This document shows, one piece after another, positions 8,689-19,010 of a stretch of DNA of 64,000 bases. Location of the stretch: positions 96,001 through 160,000 of the forward strand of contig JBNKHE010000008.1 of NCBI GenBank assembly GCA_050290185.1, written 5' to 3'. Each line of letters opens with the position of its first letter. Positions within the stretch are counted from its first letter, which is position 1. Origin of the DNA: Pontiella sp. (lineage in GTDB: Bacteria; Verrucomicrobiota; Kiritimatiellia; Kiritimatiellales; Pontiellaceae). The position numbers and the translations under genes were made by a program. The notes beneath the pieces are model-generated. The model saw only the letters and a program-made list of their open reading frames with translations, searched no databases and had not been told where the DNA came from.

Positions 8689-9336
8689 ATGGGCACATTC
8701 ATAAAAATCTGCGGAATCTGCTCGGAGGGCGACCTTGGGCAGATTTCTGCATTAGGGCCCGATGCGGTCGGCTTCATCCAATGGCCGCAATCCAAGCGGT
8801 ATGTCGACCCCAAAGCCGTTGGCCAGTGGGAAACCCCTGATAGCATCAAGCGCGTTGGCGTTTTTGTCAGCCCCACCGAAGCCGAGCTGGCCCACGCCGC
8901 CCAGCATGCCCGCCTTGATGTGCTTCAAGTGCATCGTGTTCCCGATAGCTGGGAGTTTGACCGGGAAATCTTCCAGGGACTTGAAGTTTGGCGGGCACTG
9001 AATCCGGACGAGCTCTATTTCGCGGATCACGGATTCCGGTTTGATCGCTATCTACTGGATTCCTACGATCCAATAACGGTCGGGGGAACCGGTCAAACCT
9101 GCGATTGGAGCAAGGCCCGCGACTTGGTGCGTGCGTCAGATACTCCAATTCTGCTGGCCGGAGGCCTGACGCCCGAAAATGTGGCCGAAGCCGTCCAGAT
9201 CGTAAACCCGTGGGGCGTTGATGTCAGCTCCGGTGTGGAAATCGAGCCTGGTCTGAAGGATATCGCCAAGGTCGCATCCTTCATTTCCGCTGCGCGGGGT
9301 GCGGATCGGCAATCGGGATTCGTCAATCGGCAATGA
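8689..9336 (+). CDS. trpF: Phosphoribosylanthranilate isomerase
   Basis: IKICGI, SKRYV, VGVFV, LLDS, GGTG, LAGGLTPENV and GVDVSSGVE. Confidence 0.95.
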   Translation: MGTFIKICGICSEGDLGQISALGPDAVGFIQWPQSKRYVDPKAVGQWETPDSIKRVGVFVSPTEAELAHAAQHARLDVLQVHRVPDSWEFDREIFQGLEVWRALNPDELYFADHGFRFDRYLLDSYDPITVGGTGQTCDWSKARDLVRASDTPILLAGGLTPENVAEAVQIVNPWGVDVSSGVEIEPGLKDIAKVASFISAARGADRQSGFVNRQ

Positions 9337-10217
9337 TGGTTACTCGCTTCGCTCCCAGTCTGACCGGCTATCTGCACTTGGGCCATGTGCTCCATATGCT
9401 CTACGTTTGGGGTGTCGCCCGCGCCAGGGATGGAAAGGTCGTCTGCCGAATCGAAGACCACGACCTTTCCCGCCGCCGTCCCGAATACGAAGCCGCCATT
9501 CTTGAAAACATGGAGTGGCTCGGCTTTGTGCCGGACGAGGGCTTGACCTTGTCCAACGCGACCGGCGTGTCGGAATTCCGCCAGAGCGACTGCGGCGACC
9601 ACTATGTAAAAATGCTGGGCCTGCTGGAAAAGCAGGGGCTCGTCTACGGCTGTGAATGCACCCGCAAGCAGATTCTCGATGGGCAGGAGGACGCAGCTGA
9701 TGAGTTGTGCTACACGGGAGCTTGTGCACAGAAGGGCCTCCCGCTTGACGGCAACACCGTCCGTTTTCGTGTTCCGGCCAGGGAGGTTGTATTCGAGGAT
9801 TTGCGCCTCGGTACCCGCTGCCAAATTCCGAAGCGGCAGTGTGGCGACTTTTCCCTGCGCGACCGGCAAGGTCAGTGGACCTACCAGTTTGCCTGTGTGT
9901 GCGACGACATCCGGCACGGCGTTGATCTTGTTGTACGCGGAGAGGATATTCTTGCGAGTACCGCCCGCCAAAACCTATTGTTCGAAGCCTTGGAAGCAGT
10001 TGCGCCCAGCTATTTTCACCATCCCCTAATCTGCGACGAAAAGGGCGAGAAACTCAGCAAGCGCCAACGCTCCGAAAGCATATCCCAGCTCCGCGATGCC
10101 GGTATCTCCGCCGAGGAAATCATTGGCCGCGCCGCCGTCGCCGGAGGACTCATATCTGAAACCGGCCCATTACCATTGGCAAACGCGCTGAGCCTAATCA
10201 CCGACAGGTTAGGGTGA
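9333..10217 (+). CDS. gluQ: Glutamyl-Q tRNA(Asp) synthetase (catalytic-domain-only GluRS paralog)
   Basis: TRFAPS..G.LHLGH, RIEDHD, Zn ligands CECTR...Y..C, VVRGED and KLSK. No anticodon-binding domain. Confidence 0.85.
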   Translation: MMVTRFAPSLTGYLHLGHVLHMLYVWGVARARDGKVVCRIEDHDLSRRRPEYEAAILENMEWLGFVPDEGLTLSNATGVSEFRQSDCGDHYVKMLGLLEKQGLVYGCECTRKQILDGQEDAADELCYTGACAQKGLPLDGNTVRFRVPAREVVFEDLRLGTRCQIPKRQCGDFSLRDRQGQWTYQFACVCDDIRHGVDLVVRGEDILASTARQNLLFEALEAVAPSYFHHPLICDEKGEKLSKRQRSESISQLRDAGISAEEIIGRAAVAGGLISETGPLPLANALSLITDRLG

Positions 10218-10278
10218 ATTGCCTTGAATTGAATGGGCTTCGATCACATTATTCCGCCTTTTACCGAGGATTTTGACG

Positions 10279-11481
10279 ATGAAACCAACCCAGCCCGATA
10301 AACATGGTCATTTTGGAGCGTACGGCGGAATGTTTGTTCCGGAGACGCTGATGGAGCCGCTGAACGAATTGACGCGCGTCTATCATGCCGTGCGCAAGGA
10401 TCCGGAATTCAAGAAGGAGCTCCAATACTATCTGCGCGAATATGTGGGTCGTCCGACGCCGCTCTATTTTGCCGAGCGCATGACGAAGCATCTGGGCACC
10501 GCAAAAATCTATCTGAAGCGCGAAGATCTCTGCCATACCGGCGCACACAAGATCAACAATTCCATGGGCCAGATCCTGCTGGCCAAGCGGATGGGCAAGA
10601 AACGTATCATTGCCGAAACCGGTGCCGGCCAGCACGGCGTGGCGACGGCGACCGTCTGCGCCATGTTCGGTATGGAATGCGTCATATACATGGGCAAGGT
10701 CGACATGGAGCGTCAGGCCCTGAACGTATTCCGGATGGAAAGTCTCGGTGCCACGGTGGTGCCGGTCACGGTCGGCCAGCAGACGCTGAAGGAAGCGGTA
10801 AACGAGGCCATGCGCGACTGGGTGACCAATATACGCAGCACGCACTATATTCTCGGTTCCGCGCTGGGATCGCATCCGTATCCGATGATGGTGCGCGATT
10901 TCCAGAGCGTGATCGGCATAGAGGCGCGCAAGCAGATCCTCAAGGCCGAAGGCCGACTTCCCTCTGCGTTGATTGCCTGTGTCGGCGGCGGCAGTAACTC
11001 AATCGGCCTGTTCCATCCCTTCATCAAGGATGAAGGCGTTCGCATGATCGGCGTCGAAGCCGGTGGTTTCGGAATCGAAGGCGGCATGCACGCGGCCCGC
11101 TTTGCCGAGGACAAGATTGGCATTCTGCAGGGCACCAAGACCTTTGTTTTGCAGGATGACGATGGCCAGATTGCACTGACGCATTCCATCAGCGCCGGCC
11201 TCGACTATGCGGCCGTCGGCCCCGAGCACAGCCTGCTGCGCGATCTGGGACGGGCGGAATATTCCTATGTCACCGACGAGGAAGCGGTGGATGGATTCGA
11301 CAAGCTGTCGCAGTGGGAAGGCATTCTGCCGGCGCTCGAAAGCTCGCACGCGATTGCGTGGACGATCAAGAATGCGGCGCAATTCACTTCGGACGACTTG
11401 CTGATCGTCAATGTATCCGGGCGTGGCGACAAGGACGTCATGCAGCTAGCGGAATGGAAGCAGCAGCGTAGCAAAGGATAG
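10279..11481 (+). CDS. trpB: Tryptophan synthase beta chain
   Basis: [41 protein letters not shown] and SGRGDKD. Confidence 0.98.
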   Translation: MKPTQPDKHGHFGAYGGMFVPETLMEPLNELTRVYHAVRKDPEFKKELQYYLREYVGRPTPLYFAERMTKHLGTAKIYLKREDLCHTGAHKINNSMGQILLAKRMGKKRIIAETGAGQHGVATATVCAMFGMECVIYMGKVDMERQALNVFRMESLGATVVPVTVGQQTLKEAVNEAMRDWVTNIRSTHYILGSALGSHPYPMMVRDFQSVIGIEARKQILKAEGRLPSALIACVGGGSNSIGLFHPFIKDEGVRMIGVEAGGFGIEGGMHAARFAEDKIGILQGTKTFVLQDDDGQIALTHSISAGLDYAAVGPEHSLLRDLGRAEYSYVTDEEAVDGFDKLSQWEGILPALESSHAIAWTIKNAAQFTSDDLLIVNVSGRGDKDVMQLAEWKQQRSKG

Positions 11482-11503
11482 TTTCCGATCCGGCGTGAAT
11501 GGT

Positions 11504-11530
11504 AAAAAGGGGGCATGTGCCCCCTTTTTT
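11504..11530. terminator. Bidirectional-type intrinsic terminator after trpB
   Basis: AAAAAGGGGGCA-tg-TGCCCCCTTTTT. Confidence 0.75.
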
Positions 11531-11676
11531 ATTTCATGGGGTTACGAGATATGGTTGCAGGCTTATTTTCTTCAATAAGAATTGTTTTGAGTTTCATTAT
11601 TTACAGGAAAAAGTGCAATGTCTGCCGGTCGGGAAACGTTTACAGGAATGATATGATGAAAATAGGAAAGCACAGG

Positions 11677-11820
11677 ATGAACGGCAAAAGCGGCCAGGTT
11701 ATGCTGGAGTATGTTGTTGCCATCGGTGTTTTTCTCGCCCTTGTGGGGATATGCGCGGTATTGCTCTATGTTTTCCGTGCGTATGGCAACCGGGTGATTG
11801 ATATCATTGCTGTTTCCTAA
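11677..11820 (+). CDS. Small Flp-like pilin
   Basis: KSG|QVMLEY followed by a hydrophobic helix (Flp motif with E+5 and Y+6). The start may instead be 11653. Confidence 0.7.
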   Translation: MNGKSGQVMLEYVVAIGVFLALVGICAVLLYVFRAYGNRVIDIIAVS

Positions 11821-11862
11821 GCATTTCGGCGGACACAATCTTGGAACCCTAGGAGGAAGTAG

Positions 11863-12090
11863 ATGAAGACGTTCCCAAAACGTAAGGCCGGTCAGGCCAT
11901 GGTTGAGTATATCATTATTGTCGTCGTTATTGCGATTGCCGCTCTGGTGATCTTTGGCATGTTTGGCGACACGATCCAGAAAAAGCTGGGCGGAGCAGTC
12001 GACCAGCTAGAGGGCGATTCTTCCGGCAGCGATCAAGTGCAGTCGTCGAAGGGCTATCTTGAGGATCTGGGCGACGGCAATACGAAATAA
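11863..12090 (+). CDS. flp: Flp family type IVb/c major pilin
   Basis: KAG|QAMVEYIIIVVVIAIAALVIFGMFGDTI. Strong RBS AGGAGG. Confidence 0.9.
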   Translation: MKTFPKRKAGQAMVEYIIIVVVIAIAALVIFGMFGDTIQKKLGGAVDQLEGDSSGSDQVQSSKGYLEDLGDGNTK

Positions 12091-12106
12091 TAATCGAGGA
12101 TGATCT

Positions 12107-12772
12107 GTGCCGTCTAGTTTCCAGCGCAAGCAAGGCTCCGCGATGGTGGAGTCCTGCCTCGTCATTGCCTTGCTATGCGTGGTGCTGTTCATGATGTTGC
12201 AGGTTTCGTATGTGGTCAGTTCTCGAAACATCATCAGCTATGCCAGCATTGCCGCCGCGCGGGCGGCTGCGGTGGGCTTGGATGAGGACATGGTCAAAAC
12301 GGTCGTGCATTATGCCACCATTCCAACCGCTGGCCCTATGATTTTTCCTGATCCGAAGGTGTTCAGGAAATACCGGAATGAGGGCAATACCGTAGGATCG
12401 CAATGGGACTATGCCCTGTCCTCTTCTACGGAGCCCCGATCGGAGCGCGGCGAGTATGAGGTGGCCATGCGGACGGAATTCCACCGAAGGGATTATCCCT
12501 TGGCGGTGCTGGCCTATGAGAATTGGTCCCCGGAGGGGGAGGCGGAGGTCTATTCTGACTTCACCGATGACGACTATAACGAGGAGATTCTGGAGGTCAC
12601 CGTTTCGCAGAAGCTTCCCTTGACGTATCCCTTTTCCCGCGTGTTTTGGGGGCACCTTCCCTTGGTTAAAGTCAGCCGCGGCGGGCGGACCGAGGAGTTT
12701 CCGTCCAAGCAGATCGATGCCACGTCCTATATCGAAAACCATGCTAGGTTTTATTTAAAAAGAAACTATTAA
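12107..12772 (+). CDS. TadE-like minor pilin
   Basis: QG|SAMVE, a hydrophobic helix, then YASIAAARAAAV (TadE pattern). Confidence 0.8.
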   Translation: MPSSFQRKQGSAMVESCLVIALLCVVLFMMLQVSYVVSSRNIISYASIAAARAAAVGLDEDMVKTVVHYATIPTAGPMIFPDPKVFRKYRNEGNTVGSQWDYALSSSTEPRSERGEYEVAMRTEFHRRDYPLAVLAYENWSPEGEAEVYSDFTDDDYNEEILEVTVSQKLPLTYPFSRVFWGHLPLVKVSRGGRTEEFPSKQIDATSYIENHARFYLKRNY

Positions 12773-12811
12773 AGGAAACTCGATCCCACGGATCGGGAGC
12801 ACACATCGTCC

Positions 12812-14323
12812 ATGCATAAAAACCACCACCTGAAATCAGGACAGGCGATCATCTTTCTGATGGTTGTTGTTGTGATTGGGCTGTTTGTGGTGATCTGGAA
12901 CTTTGATCTGCACCGGATCATCACCGCCAAGGTTCAGGTGCGCAATGCCGCAGATGCCGCGGCCATGGCCGGTGCGCGCTGGCAGGGCGTTACCTTGAAT
13001 ATGATCGGCGACCTGAATCTCATTCAGGCAGCCATCTTGACGGAAGCCTATGCCAACAACGATGATCTCCACGAATTCGAGGTGCCGCCCGAGGTTCTCG
13101 ATTTGCACGATCTTCGTAACCGACTGTGTCTGTTTGGGCCGCTGGCGGCGTTTTCGGTTGCCCAGCAAGCCGCTTTTGACAACGGCGCATTCAATGATCC
13201 GGAACTCGCCGCCGACCTGCAGTGGTTGGCGGAGGAGTTTATGAAAATACACGGCTCTCCTTATAACAATCTATCCTATGAATATTACGGGGAACTTTTG
13301 GCGAATATCGTTGCTCATGGGGTTGCCGTCAGTTCCTACACGGTCCAGTTTCCGGATCATCCGCTGACGCAGGAAAAATTTTATACGGGCATTGCCTATG
13401 CGTTGGGCGGTGTGTGGTGTGGTCTGGAGAACTATGAATATGAGCTGGAGCACTATGAGGGTGTCGACAGCTGGTCTAAGCTGGATACAGAAATCGGTGT
13501 TTATCGCATGCTGGATCTCAAGCTGCGCGAATTTCGTACCATGGCCGCCGGAACGGAGGAAAATATCTGGCCTCCGCCTCGCCCGGGAACGGCTATGTTT
13601 GATAAGGATTGGCAGGAGTTTCTGGACTATGTCAGGGCCGACGAGCGGGGAATCTTTGCAAGCTTTCCGGGGTCTGACGCCAGTCTTTTACTAGAAAGCA
13701 TGGTTCCCTATAATCCGACAGAAGATATCCAATGGCATGTTTTCAGCGGAGCATGGCTGCGCACGTGGCCTCAGCCGCGCGATGGAGAAGACGATCTGGA
13801 AGACGACAAGGATCAGGACCGGTTTCCCATCTGGGCGGAAGTTCAGGACAAGTATAACTATATAGGTGCCGAGACGGGCGTCGGCATCTCCATGCCGGTG
13901 CATCGAGGCATTCTGGCCACTTCATCCCGGGAAACCGTGGATCTGGAGTATCAGGCCAAGGCCAAGCCCTTTGGCTATTTTGAAGGCGCAGCCCAGGATT
14001 CGCCGCCCTATTATCTCGGCTTCGTTTTCCCGGTGTTCACGGATGTCCGACTCATTCATTCCGAGATCGGCGACAAGCAGGTTCCCACCGAATTTTTCCG
14101 GCATGTTCTTCGCCATCTGGATGCCTATCTGGAAGGCGGGCCGGACGCGCTCAATCCCACTTGCCATTATTGTCAACTGCTGAAGGCATGGGAAACGCTT
14201 GATCGGGAAGCGGGCCTCGAGTGGCTCGAAGACGCCGAGGATATGGATGACAATCCCTGCGATCCGGATGACGACGGTTCAGAATATGAAGGGCTGATAG
14301 GAGGGGCACGCCGTGGATCGTAA
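12812..14323 (+). CDS. TadG-like pilus protein with large acidic C-terminal domain
   Basis: SG|QAIIFL, a TM, and VRNAADAAAMAGA (Tad N-terminal motif). CHYC lies near the C-terminus. Confidence 0.8.
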   Translation: MHKNHHLKSGQAIIFLMVVVVIGLFVVIWNFDLHRIITAKVQVRNAADAAAMAGARWQGVTLNMIGDLNLIQAAILTEAYANNDDLHEFEVPPEVLDLHDLRNRLCLFGPLAAFSVAQQAAFDNGAFNDPELAADLQWLAEEFMKIHGSPYNNLSYEYYGELLANIVAHGVAVSSYTVQFPDHPLTQEKFYTGIAYALGGVWCGLENYEYELEHYEGVDSWSKLDTEIGVYRMLDLKLREFRTMAAGTEENIWPPPRPGTAMFDKDWQEFLDYVRADERGIFASFPGSDASLLLESMVPYNPTEDIQWHVFSGAWLRTWPQPRDGEDDLEDDKDQDRFPIWAEVQDKYNYIGAETGVGISMPVHRGILATSSRETVDLEYQAKAKPFGYFEGAAQDSPPYYLGFVFPVFTDVRLIHSEIGDKQVPTEFFRHVLRHLDAYLEGGPDALNPTCHYCQLLKAWETLDREAGLEWLEDAEDMDDNPCDPDDDGSEYEGLIGGARRGS

Positions 14324-14960
14324 ACACATGCTCCTTTGTCCCGGTCGAGCAAGACAGGCCCTTCGGCCCGCTTCCTCCTCCGCCACACGAAGTGAGGCGG
14401 GGTATAGCCGGCAGCAAATCGATAACGCAACAGCGGGACGATCAGGGCAGGCGATGGCGGAGCTGCTGGTCGGGCTGGTTTGCATCATGCTCCTCGTGGC
14501 TGGCTTGCAACAGGTTTCGATCCTTTCGCAAAAGGGATTTCTTGCGATGAACAACGCCCGTCATGCAATGGCTCTTCAGTACGCCGAAGATCCACCGACC
14601 CAATGGCCGCGGTTTAATTTTTCCAACCCAACCCAACCCGGTTCCGATGGGGAGCATTTAACGGCCGACGACCGGAAATCCGGGGGAGATGACACGTTCT
14701 ATCAGGATAACAATGGCTATCTCGACATGGTCTTTGACGATAATCTGGAAGGGCATCTGCTCGAAGCGGGCCGGATAAGCCCCCATGTCGACCTGAAATA
14801 CAGTGGCGGTGTGTTCAGCACGACTACGGCGCTCGATATGATGCATACCGCGGGGCATGAGTCGGCCGATACCGTTCTGTTCATGGATAAGGTGCTTGGC
14901 CGCGACCATATCCTTCTGAACCATGATTTATGGATGCCTAGATGGGATGCGATACCATGA
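14313..14960 (+). CDS. TadE/F-like minor pilin with long leader
   Basis: RSG|QAMAELLVGLVCIMLLVAGL...NNARHA. Confidence 0.7.
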   Translation: MDRKHMLLCPGRARQALRPASSSATRSEAGYSRQQIDNATAGRSGQAMAELLVGLVCIMLLVAGLQQVSILSQKGFLAMNNARHAMALQYAEDPPTQWPRFNFSNPTQPGSDGEHLTADDRKSGGDDTFYQDNNGYLDMVFDDNLEGHLLEAGRISPHVDLKYSGGVFSTTTALDMMHTAGHESADTVLFMDKVLGRDHILLNHDLWMPRWDAIP

Positions 14961-15652
14961 TGCGCGGTCAATCCTCCATATTGCTGATAGCATTGGTCGC
15001 CGTCCTCTTGCCGTGGGCGGCGAAAAGCCGGGTATTCCAGATCGTTGGCAATACGCGCGGTCGTTTGAATGTTGTCGGCCTGCCCTGGGAAGAGGCCTAC
15101 ACAACCACGATGAACGTCAACGGGCGTAAAAACGATGTGGTGGTTTATTCCGCGAACTATTCCGAGCCGGTTGCTGAGCAGTTGAAGGCCCAGTTTGAGC
15201 TGCAGGGTGCGACTGTGAAGATACGCAAGAGTCCGGATGGAGGGGCTATGGGGGTTGCCAAATGGGATGGCGGCGAAGCCCGCATTCTGGTGCTCGCGCC
15301 TGAAACCCCACCAAACCACCTGGTATTTTTGTTCTATCCTGAGGCGGAGGCTTCAAACAAACCGAAATCCCCGGTGCCGGAATATCCGCGCGGCCGCACC
15401 ACGAACACGGTGTTCAGCGAGGAGACCAAGGCGTTTTGTAAAACGCTTACGACGGAGGATTCGGTCATGCAGGTGCAGCGTTTTTATGTTGATGCGTTGG
15501 CTCGCGAGGGCTGGACGCCGGTACTGCCGATGCGGCTTTCTGGAGGAATGACCTATTTCCACCGGAAGGAGCAAACCTGCTGCGTGCTGGCGAGCAGACA
15601 TAATAACGGCGCGACAGTGGTGACGGTGCTTGTTAGGGATGTCGGGTTTTGA
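14957..15652 (+). CDS. Exported hypothetical protein in tad operon
   Basis: Coupled ATGA start. RGQSSILL then a hydrophobic N-terminus. PVPEYP...VQRFYVDALAREGW. Confidence 0.65.
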   Translation: MMRGQSSILLIALVAVLLPWAAKSRVFQIVGNTRGRLNVVGLPWEEAYTTTMNVNGRKNDVVVYSANYSEPVAEQLKAQFELQGATVKIRKSPDGGAMGVAKWDGGEARILVLAPETPPNHLVFLFYPEAEASNKPKSPVPEYPRGRTTNTVFSEETKAFCKTLTTEDSVMQVQRFYVDALAREGWTPVLPMRLSGGMTYFHRKEQTCCVLASRHNNGATVVTVLVRDVGF

Positions 15653-15680
15653 TACCTATTGGGAATATTGCGAGGTCTGT

Positions 15681-16472
15681 ATGAAGAATAAATTGATAAT
15701 GATTGTGGCGCTGTTGATGGCTGCCTTGGCATTCTGGTTGAACTGGAGCTATCTGAAGAAGCAAAAGGAAGATTTGCTCAAGGGCCATAAGACCATCAGG
15801 GTAATTGCGGCCAAGCAGGATCTTCCGGCCATGACGGTCTTAACCATTGCAGACCTCGGAGAGATCGAAGTATTTGAATCCTCCGTCGGGCAAAATGTTT
15901 TTCGTCAGGAAGATCTCAGTTCGCTGCTGGGTAAAAAACTGATTTATCCCGTGCGCAAGCGTGACCCAATTCTGTGGACGCAGGTCGACATGCCCCGCCG
16001 GCGGGGAAGCGGTCTTTCCGCGGCCGTTGAAAAGGGGAAGCGCGCCTTGTCGCTGGCCATATCGGGAGCACAGGGCGTTGCCGGCATGGTTCAGCCCAAC
16101 GATCACGTCGATATCATGGGTACCTTCACGTTCCCGTCGCCGACCAATCCCACGCAGGTTGAATCCGTCACCCTGATGCTGTTGCAGAATGTGACGGTGC
16201 TGGCCGCAGGCTCGCAGGTGGCGGGGCAGGCCGAAAACGGCCGGCGTTCCGGTGGGGGCTACAGCACCATCACCTTCTCGGTTAAGCCGATGGAGGCGGA
16301 GATCCTCGTCTTTGCCCAGCAGGCCCGCGGGCAGCTCTACCTGTCGCTTCGCAATCCGGACGACCGCAATGCCGAATCGGAAATTCCTTCCGTCAATTTC
16401 GACTATATTGAATCCATCCTCAAGCAGCTCAACGAGCAGCGTCAGCAGGAAATCCGCTCGGAGCCCCGATAA
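15681..16472 (+). CDS. cpaB: Flp pilus assembly protein CpaB/RcpC
   Basis: N-terminal TM, SAF-like VIAAKQDLP, GKRALSL, GVAGMVQPNDHVDI, LLQNVTVLA and LYLSLRNP. Confidence 0.92.
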   Translation: MKNKLIMIVALLMAALAFWLNWSYLKKQKEDLLKGHKTIRVIAAKQDLPAMTVLTIADLGEIEVFESSVGQNVFRQEDLSSLLGKKLIYPVRKRDPILWTQVDMPRRRGSGLSAAVEKGKRALSLAISGAQGVAGMVQPNDHVDIMGTFTFPSPTNPTQVESVTLMLLQNVTVLAAGSQVAGQAENGRRSGGGYSTITFSVKPMEAEILVFAQQARGQLYLSLRNPDDRNAESEIPSVNFDYIESILKQLNEQRQQEIRSEPR

Positions 16473-16477
16473 GTTCT

Positions 16478-18130
16478 ATGTCATCCATACTCCAGATTCT
16501 AATCAACCACGATCAGCGTGATCTCCAGACCCTCGATGCCAACTACGGGGTGTACCTGATTGGCGCGGACGCCTCATGCCGCATCGTACTTGATGATGGC
16601 AGCGTAGAGGATGCCCATGCCGTCCTGACCCTGATGGAGGATGAATCCTATATCGAGGATCTGATGGGGACGGGCGTTTTCGTGGCGGGCGAACGGATCA
16701 AGACCCGGAGGCAGGTTTTCCCCGATGTCCCGATGCAGATCGGCAACTATACCCTCGTGTTCAAGCCGGCAGGCGATGCCGGCCAGAGTCTAGTGGAAGC
16801 TCCGAAGTCCGTGGAGGAGGTCTTTAAGCCGCAGGTGCAGGAGCGCCACGTATCGCGTACTCAGGCCGTCAAGCAGCAGATCCATACCGAGCTGGTGGAT
16901 CGGCTGGATCTGAAGCGGTTGAGCATGAGCAAGTTTCAGGAAAGCGATCTGCAGAAGAAGATCCGCGCAACGCTCACGGAGATCATCGATGAAATCCGCT
17001 CGCGGCTGCCCGAGGGGATTGATCCGGACCGCCTGCTTAAGGAAATCTTTGATGAATCGGTCGGCCTCGGTCCGCTGGAAGACATGCTCGAGGATGAATC
17101 GATCACGGAAATCATGGTAAACGGTCCGAGCCAGGTTTATGTGGAGCGCTCCGGGCGGTTGGAACTGACCGACTGCACCTTTATCAGCGACACCTCGGTA
17201 AATTCGATCATTGAACGCATTGTATCTCCGATCGGACGGCGCATTGACGAAAGCCAGCCCTATGTAGATGCGCGTCTGGCTGATGGTTCCCGCGTGAACG
17301 CTATTATCCACCCGTTGTCGCTGGTGGGTCCATGCATCACGATCCGAAAGTTCTCCAAGGAGCCGTTCACGGTGAACGATCTCATCGGATTCGGGACGCT
17401 CAATGCCGAAATTGCCGAGTTTATGCGCGTCTGCGTGCTGCTGCGAAAAAACATTATTGTTTCGGGCGGTACGGGCTCCGGGAAGACCACACTGTTGAAT
17501 GTTCTTTCGAGCTACCTGCCCAGCAGCGAGCGCATTCTGACCATCGAGGATGCCGCCGAACTGCGCCTTACGCAGCAGCATATTGTCCGGCTGGAAGCCC
17601 GGCCGGCCAACATCGAGGGACGCGGTGCCATCACAATCCGCGACCTCGTGCGCAATGCGTTACGCATGCGCCCCGACCGCATTGTGGTGGGCGAGTGCCG
17701 CGGAGCCGAAGCGCTCGACATGCTGCAAGCCATGAATACCGGCCACGAAGGGTCGCTAACGACCATCCATGCCAACACCCCGCGCGATGCTCTGGCCCGT
17801 CTTGAAACAATGGTGCTGATGTCCGGCATGGATCTGCCCATCCGCGCCATCCGCGAGCAAGTGGCCTCGGCCGTGCATCTGGTTTGCCAGATTGCCCGCT
17901 TCAGCGACGGCTCGCGCCGCGTCAGCCGGATTACCGAGGTTACGGGCATGGAGCGTGACATGATCACGATGCAGGATCTGTTTGAATACAAGCAGACGGG
18001 TGTCGATGAAAACGGTCGCGTGCAGGGATATCTGCGTCCGACCGGAACCGTGCCGACATTTGTTGAGGAAATTGGTGTTCGCGGCATAAACTTTGATCGC
18101 AATATTTTTGATCCAAGGAAGGGGCGTTAA
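16478..18130 (+). CDS. cpaF: Tad pilus ATPase CpaF/TadA with N-terminal degenerate FHA domain
   Basis: Walker [33 protein letters not shown] and MNTGHEGS. The N-terminus [20 protein letters not shown] is FHA-like. Confidence 0.95.
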   Translation: MSSILQILINHDQRDLQTLDANYGVYLIGADASCRIVLDDGSVEDAHAVLTLMEDESYIEDLMGTGVFVAGERIKTRRQVFPDVPMQIGNYTLVFKPAGDAGQSLVEAPKSVEEVFKPQVQERHVSRTQAVKQQIHTELVDRLDLKRLSMSKFQESDLQKKIRATLTEIIDEIRSRLPEGIDPDRLLKEIFDESVGLGPLEDMLEDESITEIMVNGPSQVYVERSGRLELTDCTFISDTSVNSIIERIVSPIGRRIDESQPYVDARLADGSRVNAIIHPLSLVGPCITIRKFSKEPFTVNDLIGFGTLNAEIAEFMRVCVLLRKNIIVSGGTGSGKTTLLNVLSSYLPSSERILTIEDAAELRLTQQHIVRLEARPANIEGRGAITIRDLVRNALRMRPDRIVVGECRGAEALDMLQAMNTGHEGSLTTIHANTPRDALARLETMVLMSGMDLPIRAIREQVASAVHLVCQIARFSDGSRRVSRITEVTGMERDMITMQDLFEYKQTGVDENGRVQGYLRPTGTVPTFVEEIGVRGINFDRNIFDPRKGR

Positions 18131-18133
18131 TTC

Positions 18134-19009
18134 GTGTTCTGGCTGGTTCCATCCCTGTTTGCCGTCTGTACCGCGATGCTTGTGTATGTATTGCTGGTGG
18201 CTTTGCGCGATGCGGAAGAGGAGCACGTCACCGAATACTCGGCCAACACGGCCCGACAGCTCGAAGATATGTTCCTGTTCATTCCGCCGGAGCAAATCCG
18301 CCGTCTGACCCATATTACGGCCCTCGTGGTCTTCCTGCTTTTGTTCATGGTGGCCGGTAGCATGATCTCGCTGACCGGCGTGATTCGGGGCGGTGCCGCC
18401 GGTGCGGTGGGTGCGGCGGTCGTCTATGTGCTGCCCCTCCTCATTCTGAAGATCATGAAACGCCGCCGGCTAGAGCAGTTCAACGCACAGCTGTCCGGCG
18501 CACTCAACGGGATGAGCAATGCACTCAAGGCCGGATTCAGCATTCAACAGGCCTTTGACACCGTAGTCAAAGAGGGGGAAATGCCCATTGCCCAGGAATT
18601 CGGCATGTTCCTGCAACAGTTGCGCGTGGGCGTGCAGTTTGAAGATGCGATGGATCAGATGGACAAACGGGTCGGCAGCGAGGACCTTACCCTGATGCTC
18701 CAGTCCATCGAGATCGCCCGGCAGACTGGCGGCAACCTGACCGAGGTGTTCGACCGCATCGACGAAACCATTCGCGAACGTCAGCGCATCGAAGGCAAGA
18801 TCAAGTCCTTGACCGCGCAGGGCAGGATTCAGGGCCGCGTGGTAGGCGCCATGCCGTTCGTGCTGGGTGTGGTTTTGTATTTGCTCGATCCCGGCATGAT
18901 GATGACCTTTTTCCGGTCGGTATGGGGCATCGGTGCCCTGTGCCTTATTCTTGTGATGGAAGTCCTGGGAGCGTATTTCATTCGGCGAATTGTGGATATC
19001 GACGTATAG
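18134..19009 (+). CDS. tadB: TadB inner-membrane platform protein
   Basis: T2SSF-like ALKAGFS, PIAQEF, QTGGNLTEV and IKSLTAQGR. Several TMs. Confidence 0.9.
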   Translation: MFWLVPSLFAVCTAMLVYVLLVALRDAEEEHVTEYSANTARQLEDMFLFIPPEQIRRLTHITALVVFLLLFMVAGSMISLTGVIRGGAAGAVGAAVVYVLPLLILKIMKRRRLEQFNAQLSGALNGMSNALKAGFSIQQAFDTVVKEGEMPIAQEFGMFLQQLRVGVQFEDAMDQMDKRVGSEDLTLMLQSIEIARQTGGNLTEVFDRIDETIRERQRIEGKIKSLTAQGRIQGRVVGAMPFVLGVVLYLLDPGMMMTFFRSVWGIGALCLILVMEVLGAYFIRRIVDIDV

Positions 19010-19010
19010 C

